From Lama guanicoe (lineage: Eukaryota): a DNA stretch of 64,000 nt. The translations under genes and the position numbers were made by a program. Location of the stretch: the NCBI GenBank assembly GCA_013239625.1, contig MU054400.1:4775802-4839801 (forward strand), in the 5' to 3' direction. The first letter of the stretch is position 1; each line of letters opens with the position of its first letter. Under the pieces are notes generated by a model, which was given only the letters and a program-made list of their open reading frames with translations, searched no databases and was not told the DNA's origin. Positions 37,013 to 48,100 of the stretch are shown here, in pieces.

Positions 37013-37589
37013 GAAAACAATATTTTTTGATCCTCTTATTTGCTGCAATGTTTCAACCACATTTATAATTAGGAACATAAGTATGAAGCACAGCTCCAGG
37101 CACCCCAGAGGGTGGCTATTTCCAGACCAGAATTTACAATTTGGTGTGGCGTGGCTTCCTGCATGGTCCCAGTTCCGGATTTTCTTTTCTTTTTTATTTG
37201 TCTTCCATTAATTTGCACCTTTGGTTTTTGGTCTCTCAATTTTTTTTTAAGAGGGGTGGGAGAGGGAATATTACAACATTTTGTGTTTTACCATGATCCT
37301 GTGATTTTTCTAAGGAGAGATCAAGGCAGAGAAAAGTCATGTCAGTCCCCGTGATTAAGGGACATTGTCCCTCATAGAGCCCAGAATCTACCGAAAGCCT
37401 CCCCTCTCATCTTTGCTTTGAGAGGCAAAACACGGGGTAAAGGCTGAGAGCACAGACCCCGGAGTCCCAGCCCTGCCCCTTTCCAGCTGAGTGAACCAGC
37501 TTTGTTCCCCTGTTTGTTAGAGGAGCGAGTCTAGTGCCGCCCTCAGGAAGGCCATGAGGGTCGGATGGGTGGTCTAAATAATGGCCTCA

Positions 37590-37792
37590 GAGCTGCGCCT
37601 GCGCAGTCAGCGCCCTCGTCCACACCCGCAGACCGCTCTCCCAGTCCTGGGGAGACTGGGCGGTTTCCGGTGGTGGCTCCTCTTGTGACCCCGCCCCCAG
37701 GAGCAGATGCTGCGGTGTCAACAATGGCAACCGTGGCAGGGTACCCTTGAGAGTCATTTTTAGTAACAGCCACCGTTTAATCCTCGGTATGT
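37590..37792. promoter_or_regulatory. Candidate intragenic promoter/enhancer (NRF1, SP1 and ETS motifs)
   Basis: TGCGCCTGCGCA 37594-37605, GGGCGG 37658-37663, TTCCGG 37665-37670, CCCCGCCCCC 37689-37698. Confidence 0.45.
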
Positions 37793-40144
37793 GTTACCTC
37801 CCGAGATGGGGATGTTCCACAGGGAAACCTGGGCTCCAGGAGGTTAAGCAACCTGCTAATTAGTGCAGCCCGGAGATCGGAGCGAAAAAAAATGTCCGCT
37901 TCCAGGGCTCACTCAGTGGCTCAGGGCTTCTTGGGTGCAGATTCCTTGCCAGGTGGGGGCGGTCCTTTCCCCCCACTCCCCCACCCCCGCGGGCCCACCC
38001 GCTTTGTCCCAGCACAGATCTGATCGCCTTCCGCAAGGCAACCCCGGGCCACTTCCCTTCAGCAGTCTTCCCAAGTCCGTATTCGAGGACACCTGCACAT
38101 TTGTCTGCCTTAGTCCTTCCCTCCCACGACTCCAGACCTCAGTTTCCTGATTAGCCAGAAAGGGAGGAGTTGGCTGCCAAGCATTCATAACCACACTGGG
38201 TTTTTTTGTTTTTTTGTTTGTTTTTGTTTTTTAAAATAAATCCCAAAATAAATAACTGCTTGGGATTTGAGGACACCCAGTACTGGAATCTGTTTCTTGG
38301 AAATGATTGCTATGTTCCAGTGCATCCCCGGAGAATGCCTCCCAGAGAACTCGTGGGCGGTTGCCTCAAGGAACAGCCTCTACCTGCAGAGAAAGCCAAG
38401 AAAATAGATTTACTTGCAATTAGAACCTGGATCATTGGCAGGAAGAGGCTGTTCACAGCCCTGTACAATGAGTACGGGGAACAGGAAGAGGATAAGTTAC
38501 ATCTAGGAGCATCTTACCACCAATTCTTTTCAATAGCTTTTTCTCCTCCGTATTTGCCAGTGTTTCTCACTAGGATGCTCTCAGCGTTATCTTGAGGAAG
38601 GAGGGGAAAGGCGGGGGAAGTTTCTGTCGCTGCAGGATATGAAGACCCCCCCAAGCATCTAACATCTTGGTATTCCCTCCAGCATTTATTATGGAAACCA
38701 AAACACCACCTCTGCACCTTTCCTGACACCAGCTGGGGCGGTGCCACCCTCAGGTCCTACCCACCTCATATGAATCCTAAACAGAGTCCTGGGGAGACGT
38801 CTGTATCTGGGACAGCAGGGCGAGGTTGACCTTAAATTGCCTTGCGAGTCCATTTGGTTTCTATGTGGGCCAAATTAGCAACAGAAGTTCTCCCTGTGTT
38901 TTCACCTCTAATCAGTTGACAAGATTGGGAATGTATTTTTAAACATTCGTTAGGGAAGCCACAGAGCTTTCTCTCCCAGACATAGAACCATTTTGTTGAC
39001 CAGAATCATTTTGTTGACCAGCATGGGGCAGCGGAGGCCCGGCCAGAGGAGAGTGAAATATTTTGATCCTTAGTTCAGGGGACTGACCTCGGGGAGGTGA
39101 GACCTTACAGCCAGGGCATCTGGGCAGGTAGAGTGAGGGCGACCGAGCTGGGGGACAGTGAGGGAAGGAAGAACACGGTGCAGGCTTGAACTGGGTCGGG
39201 TCCACCCTGACCCAGTTCAACACGAAGTGCTTTGGGGGTAGTGGCGTGCCAGAGCCCCGGGTACTATCTGGGAGACCCCACCATACATGTCTCTTGCCAG
39301 CTGCATGTTCAGTACCATCACATTCTGGGCTTGAAATCAGGCGTAGGGGCAGTATTTACACCACGGGAATCAGCAAACACTGCAAATCAGGACTTGCCCT
39401 GATTTGTCTGTGGAGGCGCCCACAGCTTCCTTGCATGGTAGATACCACCTTCCTATGAGGAGGAAGTGCACCGTCTGCTGACCCCTGTGCTCGCCCCACT
39501 GCTAAACAAAGCCTGGTCCAGCCCTCCAAACCTGCCCCCAAACTGTATTGTTATTTAGCCAAACCAGTTCGCCTCCTAGAAAAGAAGGAGGGGGCTTGTT
39601 ATGACAGGCGGGGAAGGAGCTTGCACTTAGATTTTGCACCGTCATCCATTTTTACTATCACCGCAAGCCCATTCTTTCCTGATTTTAAAATATTAGTTTC
39701 AGACGGTTTGGGGCGTTGGCTTATTTTTATTTCGTTTGATTGTCCTTCTAATCAGCTTTTCCATAAACTTGTTATTAAGAGTAGTATCTTTTCCTAAGCC
39801 TAAGACTAGACAGTGAAGAAAGATGGCCAGGAATATTTTGGAAAATAGGACAGAGTTGGGAGTTTGCCCAGAATTTAAAATTCACCACCAGTCAACTGCA
39901 TTTGCATAATTAAGAGTTGCTGCTCCCATCCTGCTGGGTCTAATTGCATCCTGCCACGTGTGGAAAGCCACATCACCTCGCTTATCTGGCTTTCCCAGAT
40001 TGGAGATGGTCCTCCCCGTCAATCTGTTGACGTTTAGTCACCTTGGCAGATGAGAAAGTGACAGCTAAATTGCCAGGGGGCACAAGGTGCTGGAAGAAAG
40101 GAAACTAGAAACCGAGATTCACCAGGACTTCAAAAGGCAATGCC

Positions 40145-40266
40145 AGGGGAGGGTATAACTCAGTGATAGAGTGCTTGCGTAGAGAGCATGAGGTTCCGGA
40201 TTCAATCCCCAGTACCAACGTTAAAATAAATAAAAATAAACAAATACGACCTAATCACCCCCCACC
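40145..40266 (+). mobile_element. tRNA-derived SINE (diverged)
   Basis: ggggagggtataactcagtgatagag...; TSD AAAAGGCAATGC / AAAAGGTAATGC. Confidence 0.85.
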
Positions 40267-40416
40267 AAAAGGTAATGCAGTTACCAAATAATATTCATTT
40301 AAAAGATAGTCACAGTGTCTCTGCCAAGAACAGTTCTAGGCGCCAGAGAGACCACAGTGAACCAAAGAGGCAAGACCCAGCCAATAAACTAATAAGAAAA
40401 TGCGAGAAGAGGTAAG

Positions 40417-40597
40417 TCGGAGGCGGCAAACCATGGCTGTAGAGCCAAAGCCGGCCCATCACCTGTTTTTGTAAATAAAGTTTTATTGGCACACAGCTGC
40501 ACCCCTCCACTCCTGTCTGTGGCTGGTTTCTAGATACACAGGTGGCAGTCACAGCAGAGAACACCTGGCCCTTTACAGAAAGGTGTGCCGCCCCCTG
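40417..40597. mobile_element. hAT MITE, MER58A-like
   Basis: cggcaaac...cctgtttttgtaaataaagttttattgg...ggccctttacagaaa...gccgcccctg. Confidence 0.75.
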
Positions 40598-40796
40598 GTG
40601 TAAGTGCAGGGGATTCAAATAGGCTGAAATGACAGACGGTAGGGATAGAGGGTGGAGGTGGCAGCTGCTGTCCACTGAGTGGTTGGGGGATGCCTCCCTG
40701 ATGGTGACATTTAAACCAACACCCAAAGGCCGAGAAAGAGAAGCCAGCTGGAGGAAAGGTTGGTGGAGGGAGGAGTGAGTGAAAAGGGCCGGAGGC

Positions 40797-41260
40797 AGTA
40801 AAGAGTTGTGTTCTAGGAAATAGATGGGAAAGGAGGGGGAGATGGGGTCAGCTGCAGAGTTTGGGCGTGGATGTCTGGGCAGAGAATGACGCCCAGGGAG
40901 ATCTGATCAGAAAGAGACCTTGGGAAGGCGCTTGGGTTTTGGGCCACGTGTGTTCAGTGAGTGGGTTAGGTTTGAGGACTTACCCTCTGACTGCTCAGAC
41001 CAAGAGACTGGATGGAAGGTGGTCTTAGTAAAGAGTTGGTTGTGTTCTAGGAAATAGATGGGAAAGGAGGGGGAGATGGGGTCAGCTGCAGAGTTTGGGG
41101 GTGGATGTCTGGGCAGAGAATGACGCCCAGGGAGATCTGATCAGAAAGAGACCTTGGGAAGGCGCTTGGGTTTTGGGCCACGTGTGTTCAGTGAGTGGGT
41201 TAGGTTTGAGGACTTACCCTCTGACTGCTCAGACCAAGAGACTGGATGGAAGGTGGTCTT
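40797..41260 (+). repeat. Tandem duplication of two units (230 bp and 234 bp)
   Basis: 40797-41026 versus 41027-41260: identical on my reading except a 4-nt GTTG insertion and one C/G substitution. Confidence 0.95.
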
Positions 41261-44241
41261 GGTGGCCAGGCGAGGTCGGTCAGCAGCTTGGACCAGGCTC
41301 AGTTACTTTGTGAGTTTTGGGCAAGAATAGAAATAGAAGCTGACTTTCCTGTCTTACACAGGATTTAAAGATACACGGATTTAAAGTATACGCTTAAAGC
41401 TAACAGGGAATAGCATGTGTTCTAGGCTCCCACTGTCACAAACGCGGCTTCATCACCACCAGGCTCAGGTTTAGGATTCTAACTCCTTGAGGTTCACTGC
41501 TGCTTCCCCTCCTCGTCCCAGGTCTGGCTGTGGGCACACAAGAGGCCCACACCCACTCACCCCAGGCCTCACTGCTGTGCAGCCACATCCGCCAGCCTTG
41601 GTGGGGGGTGATGAAAGGGGGGACACAAGAGAACATTTCAAGGCATGAGCCAAGACCTAGGTAACACCCTAGTCCCAGCTCTCCACTCCCCGGGCAGCGT
41701 CACTGCACCTGCTCCGCTGGCCCAGCCCGTGAGGGCCTGACCAGCCTGGGCACAGGGGGTTCCTGGAGCTTCTGTTAAATATAGACCACAATGGACTTCT
41801 GGGCTCCCCGACTCCAACGAAATCAGTGTTCTGCCACCTTCTGGAGCCCGCCGGGAGCACACCCAGTGCCTTCCTCTGCCCCTCTCCGCCTCAGAACCAT
41901 AGTCTGCATTGGGGAGCACACGCTGCTTAGGCTGCTGGAAGCTGCCTTCGTGGGGACACTGGTCTGGGCCCGCCGCCCGCCCCTGCTGCGACATCTAGTG
42001 GTGAAAAGTGAAAATGCGCCACCCACCAGGAAAAGAGATTTCAGACCCTTGTCACAGACGTCTGTATCAAATTCAGTAGTGTCCAGATTCTCCTAGGTTC
42101 TCAGGGAGCATGAGGAGGGGTCATCCTCAAGGGCGAGGTTAGGTTTCCTTAGGAGAAGACTCGAGTATATTTTGCTTTTCCCTGCCTTGCCTTTCAAGAT
42201 CATGGTGGATGCTGTCAGTCTTGATGGAGAGAGCAGTTTCCTGGCGCATCTTCCCAAAGGCAGGCTGAAGGGAGAATGAGGCGGTCCCAGCCCAGGCCAG
42301 CAGCTCCCGGGGGGAGGGAGAGGGGGTGTCAGGGACATGTGTGAAGGCCCCACGCAGAGCGGGACCGTGGGATGGCTTACAACTCTATACCCCATTCTTT
42401 GGCCTTTGAATCAATTTCTCACCTGCCCACCATTCATCTCCACTTGGAAGGTGAGAATGTGTGTGTATGTGTGTTGCTGTGACCATCCAGAATCCAGGAC
42501 GTTCTAAAAGCCAAGCTCTAAGTCCGATGAAGCAGTATTTTCATGGACAAAGACTTCTTGAAGGTGGTTATTATTTGAGAAACAGCCTGTGAGCAGGTAA
42601 CAGATTCCGATGAAGGAACGATGCAGCCTCAACCCGCATTTCTGATAAAGAATTGAAGCCCCCTGCAGCCCCCCAATGACGTGGAGCCCGTTAACACGGG
42701 CCAGCAATCCAAGTCATTTACTCAGGAGAAACAAGGTGCCAAAATGAGGTGCACCCTTTGTCTATGCAAATCCAGAGCAAGGGGACCCCTTGCCATTCTG
42801 CTTGCATTGTTCGTAGCAATGACTTCTAAGTCGTACTTTAAATTGGGACCCTGCACTAACTGGGAAGTGTCTTCCAAGTGGGATGAACTGGAAGGGGCCC
42901 TCCTTGCACAGTCCCCTGCTTGTAACTCAGGCACGTCCCCGCTTTGAGGTGAGATTCTGCTCTCCCTGTGCAGCTCCCCGTTTATCCCCGGCCCCACCCC
43001 CTTTCCTCGCGGGGAGACCCGGGGTGAGTTCTGCCTCTGCCCTGGGCGAGTGCCTTGGCCTCTTTGAGCCTTGGTTTCTGCATCTGAAAGGGAGAACCGC
43101 CGCCCTGAGCACAGAGGCTTCTTTCAGGTTTAATAAGGAATGTAAGAGAGCACAGTGTAAGCTGGAGGATAGACACGGGGAGCTCCTGCTGCAGACACGG
43201 GAAGTGCGTCTGTCTCAGCTCCTCTGGGTGTAATGAAAAAGAATTCATGACCCTTGTTAAGGACGGTCAGGTTGACTCTATCCAGGAGGTACTGCCGTGG
43301 GCCTGGTAGCAGAGGAGAGAGATGGGCTCCTTGTTGGAGAGCGACTGCAGCGCGGACAGTTACCGGGCTAGAGTGGAGGGCGTCGTCCTGGGGAGGGGAG
43401 GAGGAGCCGGCCTCGGGCTGCATGCCACAGCTCCAGCAGGCTGCTACCACAGAGCCGCTGGGAGTCTGGTGGGACATGTGAGGCTGGGATGAGAGACGGG
43501 GTGGATGATCGACGTGTAGACCTTGAGGTAGGTCTCTGGGTGCACAGGGCACTTTGCCAACACCATCCCTTTGGAAGCATTCATGTTACATTTGATGTCA
43601 GAGTGTTCACATGTCTGTGTCTCCCCAAGACTGTGGATCTGAAGCAGGTGTAGACCTTCCTGTTCCAGCTCCTGGGAGGTCCTCCATAAATGTCTGTGGC
43701 CGAGTGAATGAGCGAATCTGTGAATTATCCAGTGCTGGGGAGACGGCTGCTTCTCCCTGGGGGGCTGAGAAAGAAGCAAATGGAAAGGTTGTCACGTTCC
43801 CCAGGCCCCTCCCCGGTATTTAGCTCTGTACCTGGTGACTCCCTCCTTCTCATCATCTTGTACCTCACAGGGTCATAAAGGAACAAGATCCCACCGCCCC
43901 CAGAAGGAGCAGGTGCCCCTGGCCAATCTAACAGGCTGACCCCTGTTTCACTGTTAAATTGATCACTTTACAGGAATTGCTTCCCCCCTCCAATTCATTA
44001 TCATCAAAATGCAACGGAAATCGGCAAATCCATAGAGACAGAGCACATTGGTGATGGCCAGTGGTCAGGCAGAGAGGGGAGCAGGAAGTGCCTGCTAATG
44101 GGTACCAAGTTCCCTTGTGGGGTGATGGAAATGCCCTGGGGCTAGATGGCGGTGGTGGTTGTACAGCAGTGTAAGTGTGCTAAAAGCCTCCCAGGGGGAC
44201 ACTTAAAAATGGTTAAAGTGGTGACTTGTATATTATGTGTA

Positions 44242-44313
44242 TTTTTTTTAATGGAGGTACTGGGGGTTAAACCCACTACGCACACACTCTACCAACTGAG
44301 CCATACCCTCCCC
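44242..44313 (-). mobile_element. tRNA-derived SINE, internally deleted
   Basis: ttttttaatggaggtactgggg...ctgagccataccctcccc. Confidence 0.75.
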
Positions 44314-44654
44314 ACTGTGTGTGTACTGCACATGAAACGTTTTAAAATGCAGTGGGATCAGAACAAAATGTATCTGCCACATGGGTAAAGATCGCGGACT
44401 TCAAGTTATAAATGAAGTCCTGGGGATGTGATGTACAGCATGGCGACCAGAGTTAATGATATTGGGTACATTTGATGGTTGATAAGAGTAAATCGAAAAA
44501 GTTCTCATCACAAGGAAAAAAACCTTGTCACTGTGTGTGGTGATGGATGTGAACTAGACTTCCTGTGGTGATCGCTTCACAACATATACAAATAGAGAAT
44601 CATTACACTGTACACCTGAAACTAATAAAATGTTACAGCTCTCTTACACCTCAG

Positions 44655-44740
44655 TTTTTTTTAACAGAGGTACTGGGGATTGAACCCAGGACCTCGTGCT
44701 CACTAAGCATGCGCTCTACACTGAGCTGTACCCGCCCCCA
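44655..44740 (-). mobile_element. tRNA-derived SINE
   Basis: gaggtactggggattgaacccaggacctcgtgc...ctgagctgtacccgcccc. Confidence 0.85.
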
Positions 44741-44895
44741 CCCACTCCGCCCTACCTCAATCTTTTAAAAGGAAGAAAACTCGCAGACTGGAAGGCGGGG
44801 TCCTGGCCCCCGGGGATCGGGGGTGCGTTTTGCCCAGGGCCTGCCCCCACCTCACCTCCGTGATGACTGACAGGCCCTCTTCCATTTGTGTTCAG

Positions 44896-45118
44896 GACAC
44901 ACACCGAGGACTCTTCATCCAGCAGCTGCGACCCACGCAGAACCTCCAGCCGAGAATCAAACTGAAGCTGTTCGGCCACTCGGCGTCTGGGAAGACCACG
45001 CTGGTGGAGTCTCTCAAGTGCGGGCTGCTGAGAAGCTTCTTCCGAAGACGCAGGCCCCGGCTCTCCTCCGCCAGCTCCACCCGGTTCCCGCCCTCGCCCC
45101 TGGCCTCCAAGCCCACAG
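44896..45118 (+). CDS. DAPK1: DAPK1 exon 20, start of ROC domain with P-loop GHSASGKT
   Basis: gtgttcag| ... |gtaggg; 223 nt; DTHRGLFIQQLRP...PPSPLASKPT. Confidence 0.97.
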
Positions 45119-48100
45119 GTAGGGGTCCCCCACAGCCCCCCGCCCTCGTCCCTGTCTCTCCACCAGGTGCTTCTCTCGTATCAAGTTCTGGGAGGGCTGG
45201 TGGCTTTGTTTGGGGCACTTGGCCCGAGGCTGATCGGTTCCCACCGCCTTGGTGGCTTCTGAGCATGACCCGTCTCAGCTCTTGGCCTTGTGTCCACTCC
45301 CCTTGGCTGGTAAGTGCACCCTGCCCCGCCGATAATGAAGAAAGGGCGTCACCAACATCACGATCCCCAATCACAAACATGCAGGATAGCACAATCGTGT
45401 CGTGTTCTGCTCGGGGACAGGGACTCTGCCCTTGAAAACACGAAGAGCTTGAGCTGACACAGGTTCAAGGCTGCACAGACTGACTCTCAGGCCCCAGGAT
45501 GGTCCTCCACCCTTGGAATGCCGCAGGCACATCCAGGAATGCGAGAATCTGGAACCATGAAGCTGAATTCACATGGCAGCCCATTCCTGCACCTCTCAAA
45601 GTTGGTTGATGGTTTTGAAAGGCTCCTTAATGGTTTTCCAGTTGGTCCATCCACCCACCCTGTTGGGAAGGGGACTTTGCTGTCTTCCCTGACCCGCAGA
45701 CGCGATCATCAGTGGGTTCCCACCCAGACCCGCAGGGTTGCCTGTCCCCCCCCCAGGGAGAAGCCCCTGCAGTGAACAGAAGTCAGTTGTGCCATCTGGG
45801 GTGTCTTTCTTCCTGAAACCCCCCTTCAGAGTGAAGGAATTAAGTTTTTCAAAGATAAGAATAGAGACCTTCAGAGAATTTGCTAAACAACGTCAGCGCT
45901 GAAGCTTTGGGCCTCAGACTCGCTTTCCATACATACTACAGAGCTGTCACATCTGTTCCCTAGGATGAAAACAAAAGCTTTAAAGTTCGTGGTTCCGTGT
46001 AGTTTCTCTCTGCATGAGGAAGGTGGTCTGGGCAGCATGAGTCAGGGGGTGAGGGACAGTGGGCTGAGAGCTACATGCCCCCTTTCAACTTCATTCGTCT
46101 GAACACAGCAACAGAATTGAAACTTGGGTAAGAAATAATAACCAAAATGGATAGCTAATTCGAATGATTGCAATATTGTTAACACATATTGCTAATACGT
46201 ACTGAGCACTACCTGTGTGCCAAAAACGTGTCGAAATGTAGTGTGTGTGACACCTCATTTAATCCACATGACAGCTTATTGGCATTTTTGCCACGGTTTA
46301 CTGAGCCTTGAGGGGCCCAGTAGACCACCCCGGAGTCACACAGCTGCCAGTTCACAAAGTGTCTGGCTCCTGAGCTAGGGCTCATTAATGACACTTAAAA
46401 CTGCGTCTGATTTGGGGTGTATCCATGCTCATGTTTTCCATTCTCCACTGTAATTTTCCTCAGTTTCAGGAAGTAAGATAGGTTCACACCTTCTCAGAAG
46501 CCAATAGTTTTTCAGATTTACTGATTAAGTTCAACTTCTGTGTCCACGTGGACCAGGCCAGTGTTCAAGGTTCAAAGTCCGCTTCTCCAGCAGTTCCTGG
46601 TGTCGCCCCTAGAGGGAGCGAACTCTCCTGTTGTGGATTCAGGTCACTCTGATCTGAATGGCTGTGTATGGTGGGGTGCGGGGGGTGGAAACAGGTGGAA
46701 TGACAGTGTGTGTGTGTGTGGTAACAGAGACCGAGATCTATCCTGATCTGTGACCTGGAATTTTTAGTCCTCTTGGCTATAAACTTATACCCTAGGAGCC
46801 TATGGGCTAAACTGAACCAGCCACCCATCAAGTGACATACGGGTTCCCCAGGAGGGCGAAATCTTATCTGCTGCTCAGCCTCACCCCTCTGAAGCAATAT
46901 CTCCATTCATCTTCCTTCTGGTCAATTTCCCATACCTGGAAGAAGCCGGAAATAGATCCTTGATAAAATGCAGCTCAGGATGGCCGGATTGTCAGCAGAT
47001 CTCACTGTGTGTAAGAGCGTCCCTGAGCCAGGGCTCAGTGAGACTTGGGTCATGGGGCTCAGTGACACCAGATTCTCTCGAGGACGATCTGGGCTCTGGC
47101 CCAAATAAGCCACCCCGGCTGCAGTCAGCGCAGAGATGCAGTGGGTCTCCTGGGGAGGCTGTTACTCGTGTGTTCTCGGCCCCCTTTGTTCAGAGCTGCC
47201 TTCCCCGGCTGAACCCTCCGAGCTCTGTGTCCAGGTAACTCATTAGTGGAGCTGGGCTTCTCCAAAAGGACTGTTAGGAGATGAACACAGCTCTTCCTTA
47301 TATGTCGTGCAGCTTAGTTCTTTAGACCCTTCCTGGTGACCTGTCATCTCTTGAGGATGCTGGCTGTGCCCCCGGCAGAACCTTCTCTGGGAACTCACCC
47401 TTCTCTCAGGAGCACAGTTCTGCTCTCTGTGGTCACGTTCCTAGAAGAAAGTCCACTGCAGATGGTAACAAATGCCGAAAAGGCGCGCGAGAAGGTGAAG
47501 GGGACACCAAAAAGTTGTCCATCTGGAAAAGTCGCTGCTCCTCGGGGAGGCAAAAATAAAACCTACGGAGAAGCAGGGAAGTGTGGGAAGCCACGCGTGT
47601 GAGTCACAGAGTTTGTGCCGACCTGGGTTCCAGGTGCTGCACACACGTGGTCTCACCGGATTCTCACAGCTCTGTGCAGCTGGGTCATAACGCCATTTCG
47701 GAGGAAAGTACCTCGAGGCTCAGGGACGCATGGCGTTTCTGCCTAAGCAGAGGTCGGCAGCCCGGTAAGCTGCAGCGTTCTGTGTAACACGAGGGGGGGC
47801 AAGGAGAAAAATTGAATTAGCGCCCAGTGTCTGAAAATCAAGAAACCTCACCTTAAAAGTTAGATATTGGGCTTCTTGTGAAAAATTGGAAGCACTGGCC
47901 ACACTGGACTCACATTCCTGCCTGGAGCGTGTTCGTGGAGGGGGAAGGGGGGGCTGCCCCATCAAGAGGGGCACATGCTCTGCACTTCACCTCATCACCA
48001 CCCGGCCCCCTAACTCCAGGAGTCCCATAGGCCAGGAGAGAGAGCTCAGAGGCAGAATCTCCCACACTCGTGTCTGCAGTTTTGCCCTGTGACAGAAAAG

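Larger units (their letters stand above)
44010..44770 (+). mobile_element. Two older L1 3' end fragments, each interrupted by a SINE
   Basis: ggcaaatccatagagacaga...cacttaaaaatggttaa and gtcctggggatgtgatgtacagcatgg...acacctgaaactaata. Confidence 0.7.

Noticed and set aside
38984-39021. Short tandem pair (agaaYcattttgttgacc x2), and a similar pair at ~59212-59262, as an array or CRISPR-like repeat
   Set aside because: Only two adjacent units, no spacers, and a mammalian intron context; ordinary slippage duplications.
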